Origin: Polyangiaceae bacterium
GTDB taxonomy: Bacteria; Myxococcota_A; Polyangia; Polyangiales; Polyangiaceae
Direction of reading: 5' to 3'
Length of the DNA stretch: 64,000 nucleotides
NCBI GenBank assembly: GCA_044376115.1
Contig: JBILLK010000004.1
Span: 320,001 to 384,000 of the forward strand
Shown here: positions 10,104 to 20,112 of the stretch, piece after piece
How positions within the stretch are numbered: position 1 is the first letter of the stretch
Layout: the number at the start of each line of letters is the position of its first letter
Position numbers and translations under genes: made by a program
Notes under the pieces: model-generated
Database searches by the model: none
Told to the model about the DNA's origin: nothing
What the model saw: the letters and a program-made list of their open reading frames with translations, nothing else

Positions 10104-10784
10104 GTGCTCAAGCGGCTTCACGCCAAACTACGCGAAGCCAAGGCTGTCGCGAGGCAAGCTTGGTTGCTACCTCGCGACAGCGCAGAAGACGTCGTCCCGG
10201 ATGCAGCAAGCGGTGACGACGTCGTTCTGTTTCTGCACGGTCTTTTTGCCTCGGCGGGTGTGTTGCAGCCGATGAGGCTCGGCTTCATGCGTCACGCCGG
10301 CGTCCGCACTGGAGCCTTCTCTTATGCGCCGGGACCGGGCGTGGTTGAACTCAATGACCGCCTCTCTGCACTGACGGCCAAGCTACCCGGCGACGTCAAC
10401 CTGCACCTGGTCGGGCACAGCTTGGGGGGGATTGTCGCGCGCTACTACAGTCAGCACGCTAGCGACGATCGGTTGCGCTCCCTAACCACCTTGGCGAGCC
10501 CGTTCGCGGGGGTCCCGCTTGCGTCCAAGCTCGCCCTGTTCGAGGGCGCGCGCGATTTGGCGCCGGAGAGCCCGCTGCTGGCGCAACTCCGTGAGAGACC
10601 GGTTTCGGTGCCCCACCTGGCGTTGCTCGGTGAGGAGGACCAGCTAACGAGCGATCGCGACGCCCACACCGCGTCCGGAAGCACGTCGCTGGTGATGGCT
10701 GGCTTGGGCCACCACACGATCTTGTTCGCTTCGCAGGTTGCCACCACCGTGCAGAGCTTCATCCTTTCGCAACGCGCGAGCTGA
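10104..10784 (+). CDS. Alpha/beta-hydrolase (lipase/esterase-like)
   Basis: VLFLHG oxyanion motif, GHSLGG nucleophile elbow, TLASPFAG, GLGH catalytic His. Confidence 0.85.
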   Translation: MLKRLHAKLREAKAVARQAWLLPRDSAEDVVPDAASGDDVVLFLHGLFASAGVLQPMRLGFMRHAGVRTGAFSYAPGPGVVELNDRLSALTAKLPGDVNLHLVGHSLGGIVARYYSQHASDDRLRSLTTLASPFAGVPLASKLALFEGARDLAPESPLLAQLRERPVSVPHLALLGEEDQLTSDRDAHTASGSTSLVMAGLGHHTILFASQVATTVQSFILSQRAS

Positions 10785-10787
10785 GGC

Positions 10788-11330
10788 TCAATCGTCCTCG
10801 TCGGTGTCGAGCGGTTCTCCCTCGTGCCCCTGATCGATCATGGCGAGCACACCGCGGGCCTCCTGGGCTGCCTCGAACTCCGGCTTACTATCCAAGAAGA
10901 TGCGCAGGCTGCGCGCGGCGAGTTCACGCTTCCCTTGTGCGAGCAACGCCAAGCCAAGCGCGTAGTGGGCGTCACCGTCGTCACCGGAGCGTTGAATGGC
11001 GATGCGCGCCTCTCGCTCGGCCTGCTCCGGATCACGCAAGCGACGCAGTGAGTGCGAGAGTGAAACGCGCGCGCCGAGGAAATCAGGATTGACGAGCACA
11101 GCCGCGCGAAAGGCGTCTTTCGCAGGGCCGAACTGCTTGAGCTCCCAGAAGGCTGCGCCCATCAGATTGTAGGCATAGCCGTTATGAGCGTCCTTCTCGA
11201 CCACGGCCTTCAAGGCGCGCAGCGCCTGATCGAAGTGGGCCTCCTCGAGCAGGCTGCTCGCCTCTTCAACGGCGTCCCACCGTGCTGCATCCTGCCCGCT
11301 ACGATCCTGCGACCCGGCTCTTTGCGACAT
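10788..11330 (-). CDS. Tetratricopeptide repeat protein
   Basis: Repeated TPR-like helices (AYNLMG...A...F..AV.VNP; AHYALGLAL). Confidence 0.85.
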   Translation of the reverse strand: MSQRAGSQDRSGQDAARWDAVEEASSLLEEAHFDQALRALKAVVEKDAHNGYAYNLMGAAFWELKQFGPAKDAFRAAVLVNPDFLGARVSLSHSLRRLRDPEQAEREARIAIQRSGDDGDAHYALGLALLAQGKRELAARSLRIFLDSKPEFEAAQEARGVLAMIDQGHEGEPLDTDEDD

Positions 11331-11425
11331 GAGCGGGCTTATAGCGCTTTGCCGTCGCCGCTGAAGGGCGAAAGCGCCATTGCCGGCCCTCGCTCAAACC
11401 GTTACAGCGAGCCATTCCGACACGC

Positions 11426-13363
11426 CTGTTTCACGCGCTGCGCCTCAGCCTCTGTCTACTGCTCCCGCTCGCCTTCTGGCTTCCAGCGGCCGCGTACACG
11501 CACGGCCACTTCCCTGCCCCGCTCGACGACGTCTACATCTACTTCAACTACGCCCGAGCCACGGCAGACGGCTGTTTCCTTTGCGTTGAACCGGGTTCGG
11601 GAGGCAGCACCGGCGCGACCAGCCCCCTCTACGCGTTGTTGCTCGCCGCGCTCGAGCTCGTCGCTTGGTCGCCGCAAGCAATGGGCTGGCTGGTAGCCGC
11701 ACTGACGGTCGCTTTGCTGTACGACACGACCTCGAGCTTGAGTTCGCTCTTTGGGCGGCGTGTTGGGCTCGGGAGCTTGCTGAGCTGCGCGCTCTTCGGG
11801 CTGCCGATCCTCGATTGGTCCCTCGTCTCGGGGATGGAGACGGCTTGGGTCGCCGCACTGATGGCCCGATCGCTGGCGGCAGTCGATAGCTGCGCGCGAA
11901 GCTCGCCGACGTTGCGTTCGACTGCGCAGACGAAAGCGGGAGCGGTTATCGCGCTGCTCGCGGTGAGTCGGCCGGAGCTATTGCCGATGGGTTTGCTCTT
12001 CGCGCTGAGCATCGTGCACGCCTCGGGTTCACGGCCGCTGCTGGGCAGCCTCGCGCGGGCGTTTTTGCCATTGTTGACGCTGTTTATTGGCTTCGCGCTG
12101 TGGGCCTTCCTCACCACCGGGCAGTGGGTGCAAGCCGGTGCGGTGCGCAAGGTTGCGCTCTACGACCCGCTGGTGAGCCGCTTCGATGCCGCGGTGGTCG
12201 CGCTGATCAACCTGGTTCGACTCTCGGTCGAGGGCTTCGAGCTGGCGATCGGGGGACGTTGGGTGTTGCTCCTTTTGTTGGTCTGCGCTGGTTTTGGCCT
12301 GCAGCAAACGCGCGATCGCCGCTTGGTCCTCCCGCTTGCGCTCGGTGGCCTCGCGTCGCTGTTGCTCGTCGCCTTCAACCGCACAGCGCCCTTTCAGAAT
12401 CTTCGCTATCTCGCACCCAACTATCTCGGTCTGCTGATGGCCGCGGTGATTGGCGTACGCAGCGCGGTTGGGCCGTTTGGCTTGGCCCTGCGAGCGGTGC
12501 CGCTCGGCGTCGCGCTCGTGCTCGCCGCGCTCACCTTCCCCAAGCAGCTTCGGCACTACGCGCTATCGGCCAAGAACATTCACGAACAACAAGTAGCGAT
12601 TGGGCTGCGGCTGCGCGAGCTCGGGCCGAAGCGAATCTTCGTTGGCGACGCCGGCGCAATTCCCTATTTCTCCGGCCGACCGAGCCTCGATGGTCTCGGG
12701 CTTGGGGGCTTCCGCGCGATGCCCTTCGCCAAAGCATCGGTGTTGGGCGAAGGCGCCGTGGTCGAGCTGATCGAGCGGCTGCCCGAGTCGGAACGGCCCG
12801 ACACCCTGGCGATCTACGAGTCGTGGTGGCCAGACCTCGCGCCGACCTTTGGCGAGCGACAATTCTCGGTCTTGCTCGAGGACAACGTGATCTGCGGCGC
12901 CCCTGAAAAGACCGTCTATCGCGCCGATTGGTCGCTGCTCGAGGACCGGCAAAGCGAACGGGAGCGGAGCATCGACCGCGTCGACTTTGGCGATCTGATC
13001 GATGAAGAGCTCCACCACGCGCGCTTCTTCCCGAAGGAACCGCGCGTCGGCTTTGACGTTCATCAGCGCAAAGAGGGTCGCTCGTTCGATGGGGTGCGCA
13101 GGCTCGAGGCGGGCCAGTGGGTGCAGTTCGATCTCGCGACGGAGGGCGAGCCGCGCACCCTCGAGCTTCAGCTTGGGCCGTCCAACGGGTTCGCTTTCAG
13201 CATCGAACGCGGGGATTACGTCGAGAGCTTTGCCGGCGGTAGTGAAGCCGATGAGTGGCTCGTGCTCGCCACAGAGCACCGAAGCCAAAGCGCGACTATT
13301 ACCGTGCGTGTGCAATCCGGGTTGCTGAAGCTCGGCTCCGCTCGCCTTCGACGGGCTCAGTAG
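11426..13363 (+). CDS. Polytopic membrane protein, GT-C-fold glycosyltransferase-like; start codon uncertain
   Basis: Frame is open from 11345. The stretch upstream of the listed TTG 11636 encodes a TM helix plus PAPLDDVYIYFNYARA...STGATSPLY, the N-terminal DD-loop motif. Also SGMET, RPE, RY, GDAGAIPYFS, DGLGL. Only CTG (11426/11438) or ATT (11414) are available as starts upstream of the DD motif. Confidence 0.7.
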   Translation: MFHALRLSLCLLLPLAFWLPAAAYTHGHFPAPLDDVYIYFNYARATADGCFLCVEPGSGGSTGATSPLYALLLAALELVAWSPQAMGWLVAALTVALLYDTTSSLSSLFGRRVGLGSLLSCALFGLPILDWSLVSGMETAWVAALMARSLAAVDSCARSSPTLRSTAQTKAGAVIALLAVSRPELLPMGLLFALSIVHASGSRPLLGSLARAFLPLLTLFIGFALWAFLTTGQWVQAGAVRKVALYDPLVSRFDAAVVALINLVRLSVEGFELAIGGRWVLLLLLVCAGFGLQQTRDRRLVLPLALGGLASLLLVAFNRTAPFQNLRYLAPNYLGLLMAAVIGVRSAVGPFGLALRAVPLGVALVLAALTFPKQLRHYALSAKNIHEQQVAIGLRLRELGPKRIFVGDAGAIPYFSGRPSLDGLGLGGFRAMPFAKASVLGEGAVVELIERLPESERPDTLAIYESWWPDLAPTFGERQFSVLLEDNVICGAPEKTVYRADWSLLEDRQSERERSIDRVDFGDLIDEELHHARFFPKEPRVGFDVHQRKEGRSFDGVRRLEAGQWVQFDLATEGEPRTLELQLGPSNGFAFSIERGDYVESFAGGSEADEWLVLATEHRSQSATITVRVQSGLLKLGSARLRRAQ

Positions 13364-15354
13364 GCCGGCATCACCCTGCCCTTGGGATCATCGGCGAGCG
13401 CGCGCAAGAACGCAGAGGTTTGTTCGGTCGCGGCGTCGATGTCGAAGGCAACGAAGTGGCCGTCATCGGTGGTCGGCGCGAACTGCGAGAGCATGCCCGT
13501 CGCTTGCCCGCCGCCGACGTTGCCACTCAGCCCGTCCGCCGGAATTTTGGTCGGCTCGAGCCCGCCAAACAGCGCGTCCGGCGGCGACCAGACCGGCGGC
13601 GATTCAAGCGGAAGACCCACGGCGTTGGCCATCGCCTCGATGCAACGCGGTGGCGCGAAGGTGTCCCCGGTGCCGTCGGGCAAAACGCCCTCGGTCATCA
13701 GCACGCTCTTGGCGCTGCCGACGCGCGGCTCGCGTAAAATATCGCGAGCGTAGGAGATGGGGTCCACCGGATCGACCAGCAGTTGGGCCAGCGCGAAGGG
13801 CGGATAGATCAAGCCGACCTCGTCGTGTTCCTCCGCCGCGAGTTGCAGAAACAGCGTCTTGACTGCATCCGCGACGCTCGGCGCAGGGCTCGTCTTTTCA
13901 TTCAGCGTGATCTGTAGATTGCCGCTCCCGCCCGAGAAGACACCGCCGCGCGCGGCGTCGTCGATCGCCAGGAACAGCGGCCCGTTCAGCGCTCCTTGCG
14001 AATGCCCGAAGTACATGATCTTGGTCGAATCAAAGCGTATCTCCTCACCGTTCAAGCTGACCGAGGCCGGCACCGTCAGCTTGCTCTCGGTGAACAGCCG
14101 TGCGCGCTGAACTTCATCGAGCGCGCTTTGGCGACCGTTCGTCCGCGCCGCTTCCACGTTGTTGAAGTTGAAGAACAGGAGCTCCACCGCTCCCGGCTCG
14201 CTGGGCGCCCCCGGCCGAGTCCCGTGCAAAATCTGGTCGACGCCCATCACGGCGATACAACGCTTTCCTAACTCGCGTGCGGTGCCGCTGTTCACGTAAG
14301 AGCGAAAGTCCCCCCCGGTACCGTGAGCAAAGAGAACGATCGGATAACCTTGCTCCGGCATGGGGCAATTGTCGGTGGTGGGCACAGACAGGCTGAAGCG
14401 CGCGTCGTAGGTGCGCTGCACGACGATCTGACCTTGCTCATCGAACTCAAACGAGCCGCCATCGCCAAAGCTGCCGAAGGGTTGGACACCAGCTTGGAAG
14501 TCGGGGCACGGACCGAAGGAGCCCTCATATTCGACGTGGCTGCTCATCGCGGAGCGGACAGACCATGCGCCTGGATCGGCGCTCGGAGCTTCGATCGCGG
14601 CCGGTAGTTGAGCCGCCGCGAGCACGAGCTCCGCCGTTGGGTCGTTCGTCGTGAACGCGGTGAACTGAACGATGCTATCGCGAGCGACCCCCGCCTTCTC
14701 GAGCTCGCGCACCGCCGGCTCGAAAAGCGTCGCGGCTCGTTCGGCTGCGTCGCTCGTGGGCACCCGGAGTCCGAGGGCCTGCTTCAGATCTTCACTCGCC
14801 AACACCTCGCCGCCCGCCTCGGAGCGAACGTCTTCCGTGACCACGAGCGCATAGCGGGTGTGCGGGCGGAGCGGGTAGCCCGGCACCGGGATGAACGAGA
14901 GCGTGTTGGAGGGCCAATAGGCGCCTGCGTCGCGGCGGAACTCGACATAGATCGGGTGGCGTTGACCGAGGTCTGGCGAGGCGGGGTCGACGTCGATCAG
15001 CTGCACCGAGCTCGACGCGCTGGTGGATTCGCCCCTCGCCGGCAAGCTCGCTGGGTCCAAAGGGCCATCGAAGCGCATGAACCCCGAGCCCATGATCGAG
15101 AAGCCATCGAGACGCCGATCGGCATACGCGATGTATTGCTCCAGGAGGGGCGCGTTGCGCGGGTTGGGCCAGCCGGCCAGCACGACGCGGCCCTCCGAAA
15201 GCCGCAAGTCCGAGGGGAACGGATGATCGAAGAAGGTCTCTTCACTGAGCTCGCCCAAGTCTGCGGGAAGTACGAACGTGGGGTGGACGTCCGGCGCAGA
15301 GTTGCAGCAGACAAGGCTCAGTGCTGCCGCGCAAAAAACGATCGGTCGGTACAC
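13357..15354 (-). CDS. Exported/lipoprotein alpha/beta-hydrolase (extracellular lipase-like) with N-terminal beta-rich domain
   Basis: GTG 15354 gives a signal peptide ending in Cys; PFPSDLR, LDGFS, FAHGTGG, YFGHSQG nucleophile, DDGHF His. The longer ORF to 15756 overlaps the SDR and was rejected. Confidence 0.78.
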   Translation of the reverse strand: MYRPIVFCAAALSLVCCNSAPDVHPTFVLPADLGELSEETFFDHPFPSDLRLSEGRVVLAGWPNPRNAPLLEQYIAYADRRLDGFSIMGSGFMRFDGPLDPASLPARGESTSASSSVQLIDVDPASPDLGQRHPIYVEFRRDAGAYWPSNTLSFIPVPGYPLRPHTRYALVVTEDVRSEAGGEVLASEDLKQALGLRVPTSDAAERAATLFEPAVRELEKAGVARDSIVQFTAFTTNDPTAELVLAAAQLPAAIEAPSADPGAWSVRSAMSSHVEYEGSFGPCPDFQAGVQPFGSFGDGGSFEFDEQGQIVVQRTYDARFSLSVPTTDNCPMPEQGYPIVLFAHGTGGDFRSYVNSGTARELGKRCIAVMGVDQILHGTRPGAPSEPGAVELLFFNFNNVEAARTNGRQSALDEVQRARLFTESKLTVPASVSLNGEEIRFDSTKIMYFGHSQGALNGPLFLAIDDAARGGVFSGGSGNLQITLNEKTSPAPSVADAVKTLFLQLAAEEHDEVGLIYPPFALAQLLVDPVDPISYARDILREPRVGSAKSVLMTEGVLPDGTGDTFAPPRCIEAMANAVGLPLESPPVWSPPDALFGGLEPTKIPADGLSGNVGGGQATGMLSQFAPTTDDGHFVAFDIDAATEQTSAFLRALADDPKGRVMPAY

Positions 15355-15435
15355 CTTGCGAGTGTAGCTGCGAATCGACGAAGGCGAGCTTGATTCGAGC
15401 TTTCCTCGGTCACCCAGCTCGGCTAGCCGTGGGCC

Positions 15436-16188
15436 ATGCACGACAAGACGGTTCTGATTACGGGCGGCGGTCGTGGGATTGGCCGGGCGATCGCTGAGCG
15501 CTTCCACCGCGAGGGAGCAACGCTGCTCGTCACCGGGCGAACGGTAGACTCGACTGCCGAGGTCGTGGCCGCGACCGGCGCCACGCCCTTCGAGGTGGAC
15601 TTCTCCGACCGCGCCGACGTCGAGCAATTCGCACGCAAGCTGCTCGACCGTCATACGGTCGACGTGCTCGTCAACAACGCCGGCATCGCTGAGAGCGCGC
15701 CGGTCCACAAGACCGACGACGCCATGTTCGACCGCATCATGCAGGTCAACGTCCACGCGCCGTTCGCGCTGATTCGAGCGCTACTGCCGGGCATGATCAG
15801 CCGTGGGTTCGGCCGCATCGTCAACGTCGCTTCCAACGCTGGGCGCTCCGGCTACGCCTACACCTCGGCGTATTGCGCATCGAAGCACGCCGTCGTCGGC
15901 CTCACGCGCGCCGTCGCCGCAGAGGTCGCCAAGACCAAGGTGACGGTGAACGCGGTTTGCCCAGGTTGGGTGCGGACCGATATGAGCCGTGAGGCCATCT
16001 CGCGCATCGCCGACAAAACCAAGCGCAGCGCCGACGAGGCCGAGTCGGAGCTCGCGAACATGTCGCCGCAGCGCCGCTTGATCGAGCCGAGCGAGGTTGC
16101 TCACCTTTGCTTCTCGCTGTGTGCCGAGGAGGCCCGCGGTATCCACGGGCAAGCCATCGTTCTCGACGGCGGCCAGCTCATGACGTAG
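15436..16188 (+). CDS. SDR-family oxidoreductase (3-hydroxyacyl-CoA/3-hydroxybutyrate dehydrogenase-like)
   Basis: TGGGRGIG, NNAG, YCASK catalytic motif, VCPGWVRT. Confidence 0.92.
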   Translation: MHDKTVLITGGGRGIGRAIAERFHREGATLLVTGRTVDSTAEVVAATGATPFEVDFSDRADVEQFARKLLDRHTVDVLVNNAGIAESAPVHKTDDAMFDRIMQVNVHAPFALIRALLPGMISRGFGRIVNVASNAGRSGYAYTSAYCASKHAVVGLTRAVAAEVAKTKVTVNAVCPGWVRTDMSREAISRIADKTKRSADEAESELANMSPQRRLIEPSEVAHLCFSLCAEEARGIHGQAIVLDGGQLMT

Positions 16189-16196
16189 GAAACGGT

Positions 16197-16595
16197 GTGG
16201 CTCAAAAGATCGTTAGCGTAGAAGGCTGGCCTCGTCCCAAAGGCTACTCCAACGGGGTCATCAGCACCGGTCCAGCGCTCTACATCGCTGGGCAAATCGG
16301 CTGGAACGCGCAGGGCGAATTTCCCGAGGGCGGATTTCTACCGCAGTTCGATCAAGCGCTCAGCAACGTCGTAGCCGTTGTCACTGCGGCGGGCGGGACC
16401 GCGGCCAACATCGTCAAGATGACCGTCTACGTGACCGACCTCGACGCCTATCGCAACGGCGGCCCCGCCATCGGCGAGATCTGGCGCAAGCGGATGGGCA
16501 AGGTGTTCCCGGCTATGGCGTTGCTCGGCATCGCCGGGCTGGTCGAGAGGCAGGCCATGGTGGAGATCGAGGCCATCGCCGAGCTGCCCGGCTGA
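16197..16595 (+). CDS. RidA/YjgF-family enamine/imine deaminase-like protein
   Basis: WPRPKGYSNG, LYIAGQIG, FPAMAL, VEIEAIA; GTG start 16197. Confidence 0.9.
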   Translation: MAQKIVSVEGWPRPKGYSNGVISTGPALYIAGQIGWNAQGEFPEGGFLPQFDQALSNVVAVVTAAGGTAANIVKMTVYVTDLDAYRNGGPAIGEIWRKRMGKVFPAMALLGIAGLVERQAMVEIEAIAELPG

Positions 16596-16649
16596 GCGGC
16601 TCGCGTGAGGTGGCTTGATCCCGCGCGCTCGCTCTGAGAAAGCTGGCGC

Positions 16650-17468
16650 ATGACGTTGAGCCCCAAGACCTTCGACCTCGAGATCAAGCATGGCGTGGCG
16701 GAGATCACGCTGAATCGCCCGGAGCGGCTGAACGCGCTCACCTTCGAGATCTACGGTGAACTGCGAGAGACCTTCCGCTCGCTCGAGAGCAGCCGCGAGA
16801 CGCGAGCTGTCGTCATTACCGGCAAAGGGCGTGGGTTCTGCTCGGGCGGCGACGTCGAGGGCATCATCGCTGAGCTGTTCGCCAAAGACGCACGCGGCCT
16901 GCTCGAGTTTACCCGCGTCACCGGCGCTTTGATCCAGAGCATCTGTGAGCTGCGCCGGCCGGTGATCGCCGCCATCAACGGTGTGTGCGTCGGCGCTGGC
17001 GCGGTGATCGCGTCGGCGTGTGATTTGCGCGTCGGCGCGGAGGCAGCTCGCGTCGGCTTCATCTTCCCCAAGGTGGGTCTCTCCGGCGCCGACATGGGCG
17101 CGAGCTTCTTGCTACCGCGCATCGTGGGTCACGGCCGCGCAGCCGAGCTCTTGTTCTTCGGTAACCTGATCGATTCGAACGAAGCCTATCGCATCGGCTT
17201 CTTCAACCGCCGGCTTCCCGATGCTGAGGTGCTGCCCTTCGCTCGGGGGTGGGCCAAGGAGCTCGCTCGCGGACCGGCCTTCGCGCACAGCGTGACCAAG
17301 CAGATGCTCGAGAGTGAGTCGACGATGCCGCTCGCCGCCGCGATCGAGGCCGAAGCGCAGGCGCAGGCTATCTGCATGGCCCACCCGGACTTCCGCACCG
17401 CCTATGACGCCAACAAGAAGAAGGAGAAGCCGCAGTTCGAAGGCGCTCCGAACGACGAGGCAACGTGA
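16650..17468 (+). CDS. Enoyl-CoA hydratase/isomerase family protein
   Basis: LNRPERLNAL, FCSGGDV, PVIAAING, CDLR, GADMGA..LLPRIVG. Confidence 0.93.
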   Translation: MTLSPKTFDLEIKHGVAEITLNRPERLNALTFEIYGELRETFRSLESSRETRAVVITGKGRGFCSGGDVEGIIAELFAKDARGLLEFTRVTGALIQSICELRRPVIAAINGVCVGAGAVIASACDLRVGAEAARVGFIFPKVGLSGADMGASFLLPRIVGHGRAAELLFFGNLIDSNEAYRIGFFNRRLPDAEVLPFARGWAKELARGPAFAHSVTKQMLESESTMPLAAAIEAEAQAQAICMAHPDFRTAYDANKKKEKPQFEGAPNDEAT

Positions 17469-18631
17469 ACAACGACCAAACGCTGACGACCTCGCTCGCG
17501 GTCGCGCGGCCTTTCTTCGAGCCGCGGCACGAGCAGCTAGCGACGCAACTCGCCGAGACCGTGGCGCCGGCGCGAGCCGTGCTCAACGCCGAGCCCAAGC
17601 TCGTCGCGCAGGCGATGGGCGCGTCGGGCCTCAACCTTTTTCGGCACCTGTTGCCGGCGGAGGTAGGCGGCGCCGTAGACGTTCGCGCGCTCGTGTTGGT
17701 GCGTGAAGCGCTCGCCCAGCGCAGTGCGATGGCCGACTCGATCTTCGCGGTGCAGGGGCTGGGCTCCTTCCCGGTGCTCAAGGCGGGTTCGCCGGAGCTC
17801 GCGGAACAAATCCGCGCGGGCGTCCGAAGCGGAACGACCGTGGGAGCCTTCGCCCTGACCGAGCCGGAGGCTGGAACCGACGTCGCGTCGTTGCAAACAC
17901 GAGCCACTCGCAGCGGGGAGGATTGGCTGCTGAGCGGTGAGAAGACGCTGATCTCCAACGTCGGAATCGCCAGCCACTATGTCGTATTTGCAACGGTAGA
18001 CGCCGCGCTCGGGCGCAAGGGCATCACCGCCTTCTTCGTACCCAGCAGCACACCCGGCATTCGCGAGACCGAGCTTCATCCGTCCAGTCCCCACCCGCTC
18101 GGCGCGCTGACCTTCAGCGATTGTCGCGTGCCCGATCGCTTTCGGTTGGGCGAGATCGGCGCGGGTTTCGGCCTGGCGATGGCCACGCTCGACACCTTCC
18201 GCATCTCGGTGGGCGCTGCAGCCAACGGCATGGCTGCGCGCGCCCTTGCGTTGGCGCTCGAGCACGTGCTCACGCGCAAACAGTTCGGTGCACCGCTGGC
18301 CGAGCAGCAGCAGGTGCAAGCGATGATCGCCGAGATGGCGACCGAGCTCGCCGAGGGGCAGCTAATGGTCGCGAGAGCCGCCCACGTCCGCGATCAAGGC
18401 GGCACGGCCAGCTTGGAGGCCGCGATGGCGAAGATGTCGGCGACGGAAAAGGCGCAACGCGTGATCGACAAAGCGGTACAGCTCTCCGGAGGGCGCGGGG
18501 TGTTGCTTGGTTCGGAGGTGGAGTCGCTTTACCGCGATATTCGTCCGCTACGAATCTACGAAGGCACGACCGAGATTCAGAAGGTCGTGATCGCCCGGGC
18601 CCTGTACAAAGCGCGAACTCCCCGCGGCTGA
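17465..18631 (+). CDS. Acyl-CoA dehydrogenase
   Basis: FALTEPEAGTDV, GEKTLISN, RKQFG, AVQLSGG.G, IYEGTTEIQ. Confidence 0.94.
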   Translation: MNNDQTLTTSLAVARPFFEPRHEQLATQLAETVAPARAVLNAEPKLVAQAMGASGLNLFRHLLPAEVGGAVDVRALVLVREALAQRSAMADSIFAVQGLGSFPVLKAGSPELAEQIRAGVRSGTTVGAFALTEPEAGTDVASLQTRATRSGEDWLLSGEKTLISNVGIASHYVVFATVDAALGRKGITAFFVPSSTPGIRETELHPSSPHPLGALTFSDCRVPDRFRLGEIGAGFGLAMATLDTFRISVGAAANGMAARALALALEHVLTRKQFGAPLAEQQQVQAMIAEMATELAEGQLMVARAAHVRDQGGTASLEAAMAKMSATEKAQRVIDKAVQLSGGRGVLLGSEVESLYRDIRPLRIYEGTTEIQKVVIARALYKARTPRG

Positions 18632-18636
18632 ACCGC

Positions 18637-20109
18637 ATGTACATTCCGAAGGAACGTCTGCGGCATCCCCTGCCCTCGACGCGGCCGCCGAGCGAGCCGG
18701 AGGCGCGCGCATCGCGTCTCTTCTCGCCGCTGACCTTGCCCAACGGTGTGAAGCTTCACAGCCGCAGTTGGGTACCCGCAATGGTGCCGTGGCGCGCCAC
18801 CGAAGACGGTCTGGTCACCGAGCAGGTGCTCGCCTGGTACGAACGCTTCGCGCGCGGAAAGCCCGGGGCGATCGTGATTGAGGCTACCGGCATTCGTGAG
18901 ATCGCGAGCGGCCCGCTTTTGCGCATCGGCGACGACCGCTTCATCGCCGGGCTGCGCGAATTGACCCAAACGGTGGCGCGCGCAAGCGAAGGTGAAACCA
19001 AGCTCTTCATCCAGCTGATCGACTTTCTGCGCATTCGCAAACGCCCGGAGCGAACGCGTTACTTGAGCTCGTTTCTACGGCTGCGGGCCGAACACCGAGA
19101 ACGCTTGAGCCAACTGCTCGAGCAGCCCGAGCTGATGACCACACCGGAGACCTCGCTGCGTGAGCTCTTGCTCACGCTCTCCGACGAGCAGCTGGCGCTG
19201 GTGCTCTCCGCGCGGGAACGAACGGCACTGAACTTCGGTGAGCGCGAGCTCGTCAGCGACGAGGACTTACCGCACATCGCTGAGCTCCCTAACGTACTGC
19301 CCGGCCTCTTCGCTCGCGCGGCAGAGCGCGCTGTAAACGCCGGCTTTCACGGTGTGGAGCTGCACTACGCCCACGCCTACACGATGGCGAGCTTCCTCTC
19401 GGCGAAGAACCAACGCAAGGACGGCTACGGCAGCACGCTCGACGGTCGCATGCGACTTCCGCTCGAGGTCTTTCGCGCTGTGCGCGGGGCCGTGCCACGT
19501 GAGTTCGTGGTGGGAGCGCGGTTTCTCGCCGACGAAGTGATTGAGCACGGGCATCGCGCGGACGACGCAACAGCGTTTGCGTTGGCCTTCGCCGGTGTAG
19601 GGATGGACTTCCTTTCGCTCTCGACGGGCGGCAAATTCGACGACGCTAAACAACCGAAGGTTGGAGAGGCCGCGTACCCTTACACAGGGCCAAGCGGCTT
19701 CGAATGCATGCCGCCCGCGCTCTCCGACGCCCGCGGCCCGTACGGCCGTCAGCTCGTGACCCAAGGCGCCATTCGTCGTGCGGTTCGCGCGGCAGGCTTT
19801 AGCACGCCGGTGGTCGTGGCCGGAGGCATCGCCAGCTTTGAGATCGCCGAGGGCGCGCTCGAGCGCGGCGACGCCGATCTGGTCGCTTCAGCGCGGCAAA
19901 GCCTGGCCGACCCGGACTGGTGGTTGAAGCTGCGGCTCGGTCGAGGAAGCGAGATCCGCCGCTGCGTCTATTCGAACTATTGCGAAGGGCTCGATCAAAA
20001 GCATCGCAGCGTGACCTGCAAACTTTGGGACCGGAGCGAACTCGATCAAACGGGGGCGCAGCTCACCGACGGGGGCCGGCGCAGATTGCTGGCCCCCGAT
20101 TGGCGCTGA
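18637..20109 (+). CDS. NADH:flavin oxidoreductase (Old Yellow Enzyme family)
   Basis: LFSPL, IEATG, GVELHYAHAY, NQRKDGYG, VAGGI, ARQSLADPDW; ATG 18637. Confidence 0.88.
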   Translation: MYIPKERLRHPLPSTRPPSEPEARASRLFSPLTLPNGVKLHSRSWVPAMVPWRATEDGLVTEQVLAWYERFARGKPGAIVIEATGIREIASGPLLRIGDDRFIAGLRELTQTVARASEGETKLFIQLIDFLRIRKRPERTRYLSSFLRLRAEHRERLSQLLEQPELMTTPETSLRELLLTLSDEQLALVLSARERTALNFGERELVSDEDLPHIAELPNVLPGLFARAAERAVNAGFHGVELHYAHAYTMASFLSAKNQRKDGYGSTLDGRMRLPLEVFRAVRGAVPREFVVGARFLADEVIEHGHRADDATAFALAFAGVGMDFLSLSTGGKFDDAKQPKVGEAAYPYTGPSGFECMPPALSDARGPYGRQLVTQGAIRRAVRAAGFSTPVVVAGGIASFEIAEGALERGDADLVASARQSLADPDWWLKLRLGRGSEIRRCVYSNYCEGLDQKHRSVTCKLWDRSELDQTGAQLTDGGRRRLLAPDWR

Positions 20110-20112
20110 CGC

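Noticed and set aside
15355..15756. N-terminal extension of the 799-aa minus-strand ORF
   Set aside because: Overlaps the SDR antisense; the signal peptide begins at GTG 15354.
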